From: Candidatus Magasanikiibacteriota bacterium
Lineage (GTDB): Bacteria; Patescibacteriota; Patescibacteriia; Magasanikbacterales; GWA2-37-8
Direction of reading: 5' to 3'
Assembly (NCBI GenBank): GCA_041666745.1
Contig: JBAYGI010000003.1
Span: forward strand, 76,782-140,781
Length of the DNA stretch: 64,000 bases
In this document: positions 54,601 through 64,000 of the stretch, piece by piece
Layout: each line of letters begins with the position of its first letter
How positions within the stretch are numbered: position 1 is the first letter of the stretch
The notes under the pieces: generated by a model
Databases searched by the model: none
What the model was told of the DNA's origin: nothing
Seen by the model: the letters and a program-made list of their open reading frames with translations, nothing else
Made by a program: the position numbers and the translations under genes

Positions 54601-57600
54601 TTCCATCACCGCATGTTCCTTGATTCATCGTGGAAATTTCATTATTTTGGTTACAAATACCATTGCCACTGGTATCCAAAATATTAAAGTAAGCAGGTTT
54701 GGTGATCAAATCTTTCACTAGATTTCCCAGATTGTCTATCACCAATCCCGAATCTTCCATGCGTAATTTTACTAAATAACCCGGAGTTTTTGGATCAGTA
54801 GAAGTGGCAAAATAACGATAGGCTAAAGAATTGTTGGCACACGCAAAACTAAATCGCTTGTCAGCGGTGCTCCAACCGGTATCCGGAGCGTGCAATACAC
54901 AAGTCTCAGTCTGTGAGCCGGTTTTTGTTTGACAAGTTTTATCATCGATACAGAAAATTCCGGTGGAAGACGCGCAAGTACCAGCAACACCGAGTTTGTT
55001 TATCGGATCAGCTGGTATTGCCGTACCAGTCAGTGTTGACCAAGATGGCCAGGTACTAACGGTTTGTCCGGATAAATATGATCCCACTTTGAGATCCGGA
55101 TATGTATTGCCGTGCCCACTACTATAATCAAGCAAATCTTTTTCGATAGTGCTCATATCCTGAATACGCGAGAAGTTTCTTTTTATTTTATCTTTTTGTA
55201 CCGAACACACTTCACCGTTTGCGCAATCAAAATCTGAAATACACACAGTAGTATCCCCCGGATTTTTCATATCTTTGCCACAATATCCGTAGTTGGTCAA
55301 ATTGATATTAAATTTCAAATTCTTTATCAAATTTTCAAATACTTTTCTAGTTTCAGGGGCGGCATTTTCATTGATACTAAACAAATAAATATTGGTTTCC
55401 AAATTACCGTGACCAATAAGACCGGTTGAATCAAAATTTAAAGCATTTACATAAATATTACTACCGTCGGATATGGCCGGATATCCATCGATAGGTGGAA
55501 GGTTCTGCACTGTCGGAGCAAAACCTTTGGCCTTGGTAAACCAATCACTAGGTGACAAATGTGCCTTGTTGGATAAAACTTGAATACCAATCGCATCATT
55601 ATTTTTATTATTAGTGAAAATAAAGCGTTTGAAAACTTCGCTATCTTGGAAAAAACTGACAGCGCTCTTTGTGCATGTCTGTTTGGTTTGGCTACCATTT
55701 GTTCCCAGACAAGAGGCACTATCATGACTATTTTTCCAAGCCAGATAATCAGCTGAACCGGAATCAGGACAACTCCAACCACTGCAATACATTGGATTTT
55801 TATTACTATCTACATAAAAAACATTATCCAGTTTATCTGAATCATAATACGCGCAGGTAACAGCGTAATAACTAGACGAGAAAAAGCTTTTTCCATCGCC
55901 TGAAGAAAACTTATAAAAATCTTTACAATCAGTATCAGAATTACAGTGGAGACCGTCAAGATCGCACACTCCGGATTTTGTGGCTACTGTATCCCCTGTC
56001 TGAACAACCGGTCGCAAGTATGGCAGATCATCTGTATAACCATGATCACCATTATCCGCGCAATAATAAGTACTAAAATTGAAGTAGCCTTTACCAACAT
56101 TGGCGGCTGGTATTTCTGTGCTATCAAAAATATTTTTATCTAAATCAAAACCATCGTTATTTCCCACTTTATCTTCATATGGGAAAATAATAGTTGGTTT
56201 GGTTTGACCTTGAACAATCGCCTGTTTTGGTGGCCAAGGATTTTCGCATAAAAATACAATGATATGAGATTTTCCCGTACCAACCAATCCGGTTTGTGGA
56301 GTATATGTATTTTCGGTTAGATTGGCGGCGGCATGCACATCCACTTCACCATTGTTATTTTGTGAAGTAATAATATTAACGGAAGAAGTAGCGCCGGAAA
56401 TTAATACATAAGGATTATTTTTTGGACCCCACTGGTATTCCCAACTATATCCTGATACCGGTTGAATCAACTGAAGGTTTTCAGTAACACCTTTGGCGAC
56501 CAAACTGGCATCGGCATTTGGAACAGAAAAATAATATTGATCCGGATCAATCGACACGTCAGAAATAGCACAAATTGTTTTTCCGGTTTTAAACCTCCAA
56601 CCAACCGCCTTACCGTCCGATTTGCTTTCAATACTTACCCCTTGAATATTTTTTATTCCTTTTTTCAAAATCACCACGTATTCGGTCGAAGGAGCTAAGG
56701 GATTATTTAGACTAAACAAAACTTGTGAGCCACCAGTATCATCTCTTACTACCTCTACTCCACCAATATCCGCGCCGGCACACCAAGTGTTGGCAGTAAC
56801 TTTGTTGCCAAAAATACTTTTAATGGTAATGATTATTTTATTCCAAATGTTTTGATACCATGGCAACAAAGAATCAGACGAAGCTAAAAATGAAGTAGTC
56901 TCATGGACATCTTCTAGACCGCCAGAACATGGGGAAGCCGCACTGCGAGCGATGACAAAATTACCCGGTAAAGTGGCCGGATCAATAATACTATCAAAGC
57001 TAGCTGAAATAAAAGTATTGATACAAACATTTGTGGCAAATTTACCTGGATCAGTACTGGTATTACCCGGATACACATCAATTAATTTTGATTTGAAATA
57101 ACAACAAGAATTCAGCCCTACTCCGACATTTTTATCGCCTTTGTAGGCTTCTTGACATTGCTCATCGGTTTTATAACCACACAAAACTTGGTATTTACCA
57201 ATTCCACTGACATTTTTATCAGTTATCGCGCCTTTAATATCACTTACTTGAGCGGATAATGTAGAACTCACAATATTTCCCACCGATCCAGCTTGACCAA
57301 TGGCCAACACCCAAGGATCAACCAAATCTTTGTGCCAAATATTAGTCAAATATTTATCTGTTTCGCAAATCTCATCCTCACCAACACCGACGACACCGTC
57401 ACCACAAACTGATGGTTTACTATACATCAAAGACGATCCGACATGTTGCGCATTTTCATCACAACCTTCTTTGTTGGCAGAACAGGTTGTGTCCGGATTG
57501 GTTAAATTTTGGTCAAAATTACTTTTGTTCGCTACCAAACATCGATCATTACACCAATCACTGTGCTTGCCATTGGGGATACCGTTTGTTGTTTCACAAC

Positions 57601-60600
57601 CCACATCTTCGTCTGGACTGGTGACCCCATCACCACATTGACTGTATGATTGACTGCAGAAAAAATTGTAATCTTTTTGTTCAAAACCTCCAAAAGCCGG
57701 AGCTATTTTGGCGTCATTGGCAAAACACCATTGCGAAGACAATCTAGTTCCCAAATGCAAACATTGAGCCGAACAAAGTATCGATGAAGTGGAAACATTT
57801 TGATCCGCTGACACTCCAACATCACAATCTTCACCACTACCAATCATACCATTGCCACAAATCGAAGCACTGACCTCTTTGGCAGCGGTTTGCATTTTTG
57901 AACCAGTGTGCAAACAAAAAGTATTGCAACCTTCTTTGCTTTTTGGATCATTGATATCACAGGCTTCACCTTTTTCTTGTGTAACAAAACCATCACCACA
58001 CAATCCCACATCAACTTTACTAATCGTAGTGGTGGCATTTGGATTGCCAATAAATCTACAATTCAAACCACAGCCTTTTAGTTTCAAAGGTGGATCACAA
58101 TCTTCGCCGGCTTCTACTTTTCCATTCCCACAAACCGGATATGCCGCGCTTCCCTGTCCGGATGGAACAGTACTGCCTTTCAAAATACAGTTGGCAGTAC
58201 AAAATGCTGACGATCCTTTTGTTTTAAATGATTGTACTGTAGCCACACCGACATCTGAAGATGACCAACTCCAATTTTGATTCCAAGGGTTTAATTTTTG
58301 TCCGGTCACACTACAAGCATCCGGAGCGGCAAAAGGCTGAGCTTGAAATATAGCCAAATCTTTTAATTTTTTGGCGGTAAATACCTTTGGCAAAATCGAA
58401 ACATGATCAACTTTACAAGCTTCTTTTTTTGTTCTAAATCTCCAGGTAAATATTTTATTGTATGGTTTGGAAAAACTTTCCGGATCATTCGAAAAAGCTA
58501 CAGACCACAGTTGAGCGCCATTATCCACTCCGGAAGCGCTGACCGATGACAACATTACTTGATACAGAGTGTTTGGTTTCAAACTTTCAGAACCTTTGTC
58601 GTTGGCGATTTTTAAAATTGTATGACCGGATGCTTCATCAAAAGAACTATCCAAAGCAACCGGCTCACTGGTACTAAAACAATTTTCATCATTACACTGA
58701 ACTAATTTTATTGCCGGAGAATCTTTGGTAACATTGTGGTTGGACATTGTAATATTAAATTTGGCGCCAACGGATGCATTGGTACAGGCTTCCAAACAAT
58801 TTGGCCAATAATCCACTACTTCCGGATTGGATAAATCAATGGTTAATGGGCTACTGCCGGTTTTACTAACAAAAATTTTATCAACAGAAGAAGTGGAGGC
58901 GGTCGCTTTTACATCGACGCTATCATTGGCCACACCTACACCTACAGTATTGCCCAAAGTATTTACTTGAGTGTTTATTTTATCACCTGCTCCATCGATG
59001 GTCGCGTAAATTTTTCCGGCATTTTTATTATCCACAACCCATTTCCAATCAAAACCGGATACATCCATCATGGTGCAATATTGAGTACTTAGACCATTGC
59101 CTTTATAAAAAATATCAAACACATCTCCACCGGTTGAGTGGTAACGCATTGGAGATTCAAGAATTTTTGCCCAAAATTCATTTGGAGTAACGACTACTTT
59201 TTTCAAAGCACAATCACCAATTCCGGTTTTAAAAGAAAAACAATAGGCTGTTCCAACACCACATGGATTGGAGGCTACCAACTTTACCGATTGTCCTTTT
59301 TTATCCGGTACTGAAGAAATACTATCCTTCAAAACAACTTGAAAAAGTGTGCTTGACGCCCATTTTCCATCCTGAGATTTTATTAACAAATAAGGACGCG
59401 CATTTTGAGACGCGTCAACAGCCGCAGAATTTAATTTATAACTATCATCGGTTAACAAAATATTTTTTGCCTTCTGACACACACCGTCGACATCGATACT
59501 TTCACAGGCATTAATAGTAACTGAATTATTGTTGACAGTGGCTGGGTTTAAATCCGCGCTAAATTCAACTGTCACCAATGCAGTTTGACAAACTTTGCTG
59601 GCATCATTACTACCACCTTCATTCCACTTGGTTGAAGGAGATGGTGAAGGTAAATTTTTGCCCAATTCAGTGTTGTGATCACAACGCTCTATTACTTGTG
59701 GTGGTGGAACAATTTCCTTGGTAGAAAACATCCAAACAAAACCGCTGGATTTAAACTCTCCTTTACATAACTCCCCTTTTGGTTTGCACATGCCGGCTTC
59801 ATCGCCTGTTTTACAGCATTTATCACTATTGGAAACACAGTCATTTTTGGTACAATCACTGGTAGAAAATAATAAACCATTACTTTGTTTTTTGTCTGAT
59901 CCACGATAAGCAAATACCAAACCGGAGGTAATATTTTTATCATTTGGCACCGATGAAAAGGATTGCGCGCTAACATTTGTAACACTGTTGCCGATGAGAG
60001 TGTTGAGAATATCATTGGATGCACCGCCGGTTTTCCAAAAATAAAATTTGGTGACTTTGTCCAAATATTCACCGGATACTGTGACTGTGTTTGGAAAAAC
60101 AAACGGCACCGCTCCGGATACCGGAGAAATTTTACAAATTCCCGGACTTGGATCACCGGTATTTATCATGACAAATTTATTATCATCCAAAACACTGCCC
60201 AATTCACTGACTGAATTGTAAACTTGAATGGTATATCTTTTGCTGTTTGTATCTAATCCCGGTGGAACTTTCACCACTATTTGATTATCTTTCCAAAATG
60301 AATTTTTACAAGCAACTGGAAAATTGAATACACCGTCAGGGGCGGCCGCGCCATTGAGTTTGAACCAGACACTGCCGATTTGATTACCGAAATTTTTGCC
60401 GGTAATGGTGAGATAATCACCGATAGTAGTAATAGCCGGAGCAGAAATTTCAGAAATTAATGGAGCGTCTTGGTTTGATCCGGAAATAGTGAACAGAACC
60501 GAATTGCTAGTTTGATTATTGCTGTTGGTCACCTTCACCCCATAATTGCCATTGCCCAAAGAAGTTGGCGCTACAGATAATATAGTATCATCAGCCCAAC

Positions 60601-62437
60601 CTTCGATTTTGGTTTTTGTTTTATCACTGAAAGTAACAAAACTTTTTACGACATCAAAAGCGCCAAAATTTTTACCTTTCACTGTTATGCTGGTACCGAC
60701 CGATCCGTTGTTTGGATTTAATCCGCAAATACCCGGATGAGAAATATTTGTTAAAGTAAAATTGGAAACTTTTTTAAAACCATCGCCGGTGGTATCAAAA
60801 TATTTAATATTAAAAACATCTGAACCGATAGCATTTGGACTAAATACCGCAATTTTACCGCTGATTATATTTTCCGGAACCAAAACAATAATTTGGTTAT
60901 CACTCCAATTATTGAAGCTGGCGCCACAATTTACCACTTGAGCCTCGACCCAATCGGTTGGTTGTTTTACATCCGGATTTGGGACTTTGGCAAAATAAAC
61001 ATGCCCTTTTGTGCCACCGAAATTTTTACCAAAAATTGAAATATAATCACCGACGGCAGCGCTAGATGGAGAAAAGTCGGTGATATAAGTTTTTTCTACA
61101 CAAGTACCTTCCGAATCACCGGCATTTTGTTTTTGACAAAACCCACTGTAACAATCGACATCTTTTGTGCATTTATCTCCGGAACAAACCCCGCACTCCC
61201 CACCACAATCAATAAATTTCTCTCCCGGATCAAGAGTCAAATCAAAACAGTGCTTCGGTTTTAAAACAACCGTAGAATTGTCCTCATTACTATTGGCCGC
61301 CCAATCCAAACCAATAGCTTTTAGAGAATGCTCGCCGATATTTAATTTGTTGGTAGGCCAAATAATCGTGGCGGTATCAGATTTTTTACATCCGCTAAAT
61401 GGAACACTATCAACCAACATGCCATCGGAATTCAAAACTATATTTTGCAAACCGCCATCATCTTCAAAATGAACTTTTACACTGATATTATCCCCTTGTT
61501 TTAAATTGGTATCGGAATTTTTTGGATATAAAATATTAATAACCGGATTTTTTCTATCCACTCCGTCACCGGAAGTAAAATTTACATCGGCGCATTTTCC
61601 GGTACTGAAAATACAATTCAGGTCTTTTCCACCGGCGCTTTGAATTCCTTTGCCTCCATCTTTTATTTTTATTTTATAAGTGGTAGACGCGGCAAAACAA
61701 TCTTTGCCGGTGTCTGGAGTAGGACAAACTCCGTTGGTCGGTTTGAAATATGCGATATGATGATGACTGGTCTGTATCGACCATTCACCAACCACCGGCA
61801 CAGAGGTAGAGGCGTTTTCTACAACGATTCTATCTTTCAAAGAGTCCACATCCACATCCAGATTAAAAACAATTACCGGTGCCACATTTTGCACACAAAC
61901 ATTTCCCGTTGCCGGCATTTGAACAATCGCGAACTGCCCGGAAGCGCAATTGTCATACGCACACGATGAAAAACAAGATGGACAATCTCCACCACAACTA
62001 GCCCCACCATTAGCTTTTTGCGCTTCACACAATGCACTAGAAACATTTCCCGTGGTTGCCTCCACTAATTTATTCATTACAAAACTCACGATGGCATAAG
62101 CGGATAAAATAATAACCAAACCAATCGTGGCATTAATCAATATCTTTTTTGATGTAGCGACTTTTTCATCATCACCACCGGCCGTCATCCATAAATAACC
62201 AGCATACAAAATCAGACACAAAGCTACTATCCCCAATAGTCCCAGAGCGGCTTTGATGATTTTGGCAACAATTGTACGAATATCAGTAGTCGGCAGACCG
62301 GTCGCCGCGGCTTCTTTCAAACCAACATCCAAATTGGAAGCTTGAGCGTGGACCAAACTATTAAACGCCAAAAATCCGGTTACAAAAAACAATGAGAAAA
62401 TTAAACACAAAACTAATTTTTTATTTACAAATTTCAT
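51677..62437 (-). CDS. Giant (3586 aa) Cys-rich cell-surface protein: signal peptide, two adjacent TM helices (pilin/VirB2-like hairpin), IPT/TIG domains, >10 CGxGxxxxGExCD cysteine-rich repeats, LamG/ConA-like domain
   Basis: N-terminal MKFVNKKLVLCLIFSLFFVTGFLAFNSLVHA, then LGLLGIVALCLILYAGYLWM / ATIGLVIILSAYAIVSFVM. IPT/TIG patterns (ITDFSPSSAAVGDYISIFGKNFGG; ISAPAITTIGDYLTITGKNFG). Repeats CGNGKVEAGEDCD, CGDGFVTQEKGEACD, CGNGKVEVGETCDEG and others. LamG_3-like ...WYFVAVTVDAQRQVKYYVDGQ...IWIGRADNWFKGSMDEMHLFGRTLTAGEITDLYNNG. Confidence 0.7.
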   Translation of the reverse strand: MKFVNKKLVLCLIFSLFFVTGFLAFNSLVHAQASNLDVGLKEAAATGLPTTDIRTIVAKIIKAALGLLGIVALCLILYAGYLWMTAGGDDEKVATSKKILINATIGLVIILSAYAIVSFVMNKLVEATTGNVSSALCEAQKANGGASCGGDCPSCFSSCAYDNCASGQFAIVQMPATGNVCVQNVAPVIVFNLDVDVDSLKDRIVVENASTSVPVVGEWSIQTSHHHIAYFKPTNGVCPTPDTGKDCFAASTTYKIKIKDGGKGIQSAGGKDLNCIFSTGKCADVNFTSGDGVDRKNPVINILYPKNSDTNLKQGDNISVKVHFEDDGGLQNIVLNSDGMLVDSVPFSGCKKSDTATIIWPTNKLNIGEHSLKAIGLDWAANSNEDNSTVVLKPKHCFDLTLDPGEKFIDCGGECGVCSGDKCTKDVDCYSGFCQKQNAGDSEGTCVEKTYITDFSPSSAAVGDYISIFGKNFGGTKGHVYFAKVPNPDVKQPTDWVEAQVVNCGASFNNWSDNQIIVLVPENIISGKIAVFSPNAIGSDVFNIKYFDTTGDGFKKVSNFTLTNISHPGICGLNPNNGSVGTSITVKGKNFGAFDVVKSFVTFSDKTKTKIEGWADDTILSVAPTSLGNGNYGVKVTNSNNQTSNSVLFTISGSNQDAPLISEISAPAITTIGDYLTITGKNFGNQIGSVWFKLNGAAAPDGVFNFPVACKNSFWKDNQIVVKVPPGLDTNSKRYTIQVYNSVSELGSVLDDNKFVMINTGDPSPGICKISPVSGAVPFVFPNTVTVSGEYLDKVTKFYFWKTGGASNDILNTLIGNSVTNVSAQSFSSVPNDKNITSGLVFAYRGSDKKQSNGLLFSTSDCTKNDCVSNSDKCCKTGDEAGMCKPKGELCKGEFKSSGFVWMFSTKEIVPPPQVIERCDHNTELGKNLPSPSPSTKWNEGGSNDASKVCQTALVTVEFSADLNPATVNNNSVTINACESIDVDGVCQKAKNILLTDDSYKLNSAAVDASQNARPYLLIKSQDGKWASSTLFQVVLKDSISSVPDKKGQSVKLVASNPCGVGTAYCFSFKTGIGDCALKKVVVTPNEFWAKILESPMRYHSTGGDVFDIFYKGNGLSTQYCTMMDVSGFDWKWVVDNKNAGKIYATIDGAGDKINTQVNTLGNTVGVGVANDSVDVKATASTSSVDKIFVSKTGSSPLTIDLSNPEVVDYWPNCLEACTNASVGAKFNITMSNHNVTKDSPAIKLVQCNDENCFSTSEPVALDSSFDEASGHTILKIANDKGSESLKPNTLYQVMLSSVSASGVDNGAQLWSVAFSNDPESFSKPYNKIFTWRFRTKKEACKVDHVSILPKVFTAKKLKDLAIFQAQPFAAPDACSVTGQKLNPWNQNWSWSSSDVGVATVQSFKTKGSSAFCTANCILKGSTVPSGQGSAAYPVCGNGKVEAGEDCDPPLKLKGCGLNCRFIGNPNATTTISKVDVGLCGDGFVTQEKGEACDINDPKSKEGCNTFCLHTGSKMQTAAKEVSASICGNGMIGSGEDCDVGVSADQNVSTSSILCSAQCLHLGTRLSSQWCFANDAKIAPAFGGFEQKDYNFFCSQSYSQCGDGVTSPDEDVGCETTNGIPNGKHSDWCNDRCLVANKSNFDQNLTNPDTTCSANKEGCDENAQHVGSSLMYSKPSVCGDGVVGVGEDEICETDKYLTNIWHKDLVDPWVLAIGQAGSVGNIVSSTLSAQVSDIKGAITDKNVSGIGKYQVLCGYKTDEQCQEAYKGDKNVGVGLNSCCYFKSKLIDVYPGNTSTDPGKFATNVCINTFISASFDSIIDPATLPGNFVIARSAASPCSGGLEDVHETTSFLASSDSLLPWYQNIWNKIIITIKSIFGNKVTANTWCAGADIGGVEVVRDDTGGSQVLFSLNNPLAPSTEYVVILKKGIKNIQGVSIESKSDGKAVGWRFKTGKTICAISDVSIDPDQYYFSVPNADASLVAKGVTENLQLIQPVSGYSWEYQWGPKNNPYVLISGATSSVNIITSQNNNGEVDVHAAANLTENTYTPQTGLVGTGKSHIIVFLCENPWPPKQAIVQGQTKPTIIFPYEDKVGNNDGFDLDKNIFDSTEIPAANVGKGYFNFSTYYCADNGDHGYTDDLPYLRPVVQTGDTVATKSGVCDLDGLHCNSDTDCKDFYKFSSGDGKSFFSSSYYAVTCAYYDSDKLDNVFYVDSNKNPMYCSGWSCPDSGSADYLAWKNSHDSASCLGTNGSQTKQTCTKSAVSFFQDSEVFKRFIFTNNKNNDAIGIQVLSNKAHLSPSDWFTKAKGFAPTVQNLPPIDGYPAISDGSNIYVNALNFDSTGLIGHGNLETNIYLFSINENAAPETRKVFENLIKNLKFNINLTNYGYCGKDMKNPGDTTVCISDFDCANGEVCSVQKDKIKRNFSRIQDMSTIEKDLLDYSSGHGNTYPDLKVGSYLSGQTVSTWPSWSTLTGTAIPADPINKLGVAGTCASSTGIFCIDDKTCQTKTGSQTETCVLHAPDTGWSTADKRFSFACANNSLAYRYFATSTDPKTPGYLVKLRMEDSGLVIDNLGNLVKDLITKPAYFNILDTSGNGICNQNNEISTMNQGTCGDGKVNLNKGEECDPKGSVVWNQADCVGGSFADDLKGDICSSDCKWSKNATTTKCGILSKCGNGKVEVGETCDEGALNGKYNHCNPTCSGLSSSCGNGDVDTKGNEVCDTNFDFYKAGKDKDLGWCASGVVGAKPCNVDDDCKIQQNLWGSFKDNALVGIVGKCIQVSFNNSRYGLTPTTSCNLDCQAHGPYCGDAIVQKDFGEECDGNKVDTISGVTCNRVCGSGCRWVYNSVTTSPILYFNFDDVITYHAGWPKYETGNIGGLSYILNKGQAKSGISLLNSAYCSGVANTGCPTPISSFNGDKNQAMHFNGISNYFTIDHSASFDVNELTFATWINVDGDSSDGYHAVISKQEGKAISNNRDYNFYIVKSGNKINLLHFYSGPPPGSKTDNIFGISSVPVDLSVGVWYFVAVTVDAQRQVKYYVDGQYKGTGVVNGSTKLKADNNYPIWIGRADNWFKGSMDEMHLFGRTLTAGEITDLYNNGENFCQAKIATAEEVKPTTETGCGNGKIETGEACDNGNKNGVACTSGYNKPCVYCSWDCKNNISVDASGYCGDGVINGTEKCEVSGNSLYSSVTSTYITNDWWNKLVLEKHPDQNGYIVLPCDQEYNLHLNSGSLQFYKDKTWTNLTTQIGIKTCINNCSSISNKCVECGLKTGGSPISGALINVLEPLSNNPLLSNNSEDGDVGLLYVSTTQSLSSIGDTTGVAFFSYKLNDNIFDYKLHPYLGDQSVVASINSDPVCSDKSQSKIYRLAINSDFATEHMIDFPVFGTTTPDKYNLLLSPVIFDDTRPQDVRVVVSWVGDVGFNTGFLVPGGVNSQTGIITSLEDNSPAINISTGINYYTAPNINPLASIWYHGFKNTNTSNVKSFTIDTSKMVTSSYAFYIKTADTMKNLKNSAKLKVEVYVPESDDNLRHFARPAKTYYLNQAIPSDNDAAQFWHVFNIKKAPDSVVAKIPNRIGEINMIRSFIKMNYAP

Positions 62438-64000
62438 GGGGTTGACAATGGATTTTTAACTTTAATATTTTCAATACAATTTTTGATTCCATTTTGAGAA
62501 GACACCACTTGTCCGTTACAACAAAATTCACTTCCGACTTCATCTTTGGTGTCGCAACAATTTTCCGGTGAATTGACTATGTCACAAACTTTGGAATCCA
62601 ACGATCCGTTTGGTACGACATCTTTTGGCCCTTTACCCGGATAAAAACAATTGAAATGAGCATCCTCAACGCTGGAACTAACTACCGGAATATACATTTG
62701 TTTAATATTGTCCAAAAATGGACCATGATGAATTTCCACCGTCTGATAATCTAAATACACGAACGGAACTTTCCACAATGGAATATTGTTGGTCGGCGCC
62801 GGATATTCTTGAATTTCAATATTGTTCATCGAGTCGGCTCGCATGCGTTTACTAAACACCAAACTTAAATTCGCATCTTTTGGAACATTTTGCGCGTTTA
62901 CCCCTGGAGTAATTTTATTTATATATGGAGATTCTTTGTCGATTTCATCTCTAATTTTAAAAGTCCAAAAATAATTATCCGGCTTTTTCCAATTGTCAAA
63001 TACCGGCAAAGTGATGACTGCTGTTTGAGGACTACCATCGCCGTTTCCATCCAAAGCATTTCCGGACATGTCCGCTATACCACTAAATGGCACACTCTCA
63101 AAACTACCAACCAAGGTTTTGGCGGCTTCCAACAAAACTTGGTAATTATCATTTTTTGGTGAATCACTGCAAACAGCACCTGGCTTATCACAAACCGGCA
63201 AACAATAAATCGGATTTCCGCAGGCATTTTTCGCACATTCTTTGTTTGGAGCAAATTCCAATGTCTGGTAATTGTTTATCAAATTAAAACTACCGAGCGG
63301 TACCGTACTATTTTGTGCGTCAGAAAATATTTTATTTCCGGTCAAAGCATAATAAGTTTTCGCGCCAACGGTGGCGGTACTAAAAATTCCTTGCACACCG
63401 GTCGGATCCATCGGTTTGCTGAAAGAAATTTGGATTACCGAATTTTTGGCTTCGCCTTTTGGATTTTTTTCAATTGAATCCGGAAATACACCCGTCACAT
63501 GAGGTGGCGTATTGTCTAATAAATTACTGCAAGTAAACTGCCAATAATAAAAATCATTGCCGATTTTTTGATTTTGAAAAATTGAAGGATTGTTGTTTAC
63601 AGAATCATCAGCCGAAATACTACTACCCAGACGAACAATATATGATACAAAATCATTGGCGTTTCCCAAATAACCACCTTCACTATCGGTGATTGGTTTT
63701 AAAACAATCGTATAAACTCCAGTAATATTGTTGACTGTACTAGTGGTGGCGACTATTATCAACGCTTTGATGGATTGACCGTTATCCGCCTGTGAAACAT
63801 TGATAAATTTATCGGATAATTTATTATTTTCCAATTTGATATGATCACAATCATTGAACCAATTGAAGTTGTCTTTGTCGGTGTTTTTACAATCACCAAA
63901 TATTGGATTTCCACTACCATCTACACTGTCATTGCTGTTGTCTACAAAACTAGACAACAAAATTGGTTTATTAAATGTAATAACAATCTTGGTGTTGCGT
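62434..64000 (-). CDS. C-terminal ~520 aa of a second large Cys-rich surface protein; ORF open past the window end, ATGA-overlapped with the 3586-aa gene
   Basis: The minus-strand frame is open from 64000. The track M at 63960 is a TTG. It reads ...RNTKIVITFNKPILLSSFVDNSNDSVDG... and ends ...CCDTKDEVGSEFCCNGQVVSSQNGIKNCIENIKVKNPLSTP. The stop TGA (62436-62434) overlaps the ATG at 62437-62435. Confidence 0.5.
   Translation of the reverse strand, partial: RNTKIVITFNKPILLSSFVDNSNDSVDGSGNPIFGDCKNTDKDNFNWFNDCDHIKLENNKLSDKFINVSQADNGQSIKALIIVATTSTVNNITGVYTIVLKPITDSEGGYLGNANDFVSYIVRLGSSISADDSVNNNPSIFQNQKIGNDFYYWQFTCSNLLDNTPPHVTGVFPDSIEKNPKGEAKNSVIQISFSKPMDPTGVQGIFSTATVGAKTYYALTGNKIFSDAQNSTVPLGSFNLINNYQTLEFAPNKECAKNACGNPIYCLPVCDKPGAVCSDSPKNDNYQVLLEAAKTLVGSFESVPFSGIADMSGNALDGNGDGSPQTAVITLPVFDNWKKPDNYFWTFKIRDEIDKESPYINKITPGVNAQNVPKDANLSLVFSKRMRADSMNNIEIQEYPAPTNNIPLWKVPFVYLDYQTVEIHHGPFLDNIKQMYIPVVSSSVEDAHFNCFYPGKGPKDVVPNGSLDSKVCDIVNSPENCCDTKDEVGSEFCCNGQVVSSQNGIKNCIENIKVKNPLSTP

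Overview
This low-GC window (about 35% GC) is densely coding and resembles a reduced, CPR/Patescibacteria-like genome; that taxonomic reading is inference. The region 1–20.6 kb is a single-strand glycan-biosynthesis mega-operon of 21 genes, all on the minus strand and tightly abutting or overlapping. It combines the CDP-glucose 3,6-dideoxyhexose core (two rfbF genes, rfbG, rfbH) with two acetolactate-synthase-like ThDP enzymes, a split transketolase, a DmpF/DmpG-like aldolase/dehydrogenase pair, an HpcH aldolase, an FkbM methyltransferase, epimerase/reductases, GT2 and GT-C glycosyltransferases and a Wzx flippase. I read this as a predicted branched-chain (yersiniose-like) CDP-sugar pathway. 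The region 20.6–31.6 kb carries an excisionase-like HTH gene, an O-antigen-ligase-like protein with a TPR tail, a 1239-aa Thr/Val-rich surface protein and an ECF sigma / anti-sigma pair. It also carries a second small HTH gene preceded by two inverted 28-bp palindromic operators, and a membrane protein with repeated beta-sandwich domains. The region 31.7–49.3 kb is mostly housekeeping: metK, an amino-acid permease, tRNA-Val, a GH-A glycosidase, a DMT transporter, a GT4 gene, a methyltransferase, a bacterial ELP3 homolog, glyA, pyk, nrdR, ftsZ, ftsA, dgkA and ybeY. The region 49.3–64 kb holds three tandem paralogs of membrane-anchored thrombospondin-type-3 Asp-repeat proteins. These are followed by a 3586-aa cysteine-repeat / IPT / LamG giant surface protein, which is translationally coupled (ATGA overlap) to a second giant gene running off the window. 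No CRISPR array, rRNA, integrase, transposase or reverse transcriptase was seen. Noncoding observations are a three-copy structured-repeat family with covariation nested inside variable terminator hairpins between convergent genes. There is also a two-copy ~130-nt conserved element with covariation upstream of glyA and of the HTH gene. A 324-bp GC-rich island flanked by ~20-bp inverted repeats carries a 68-aa ORF with a strong SD. A GATCCCCGCTTTCGCGGGGATGAC-type hairpin repeat occurs at the ftsZ terminator and, degenerate and duplicated, inside a CDS. There are several clean intrinsic terminators and near-consensus sigma70 promoters.
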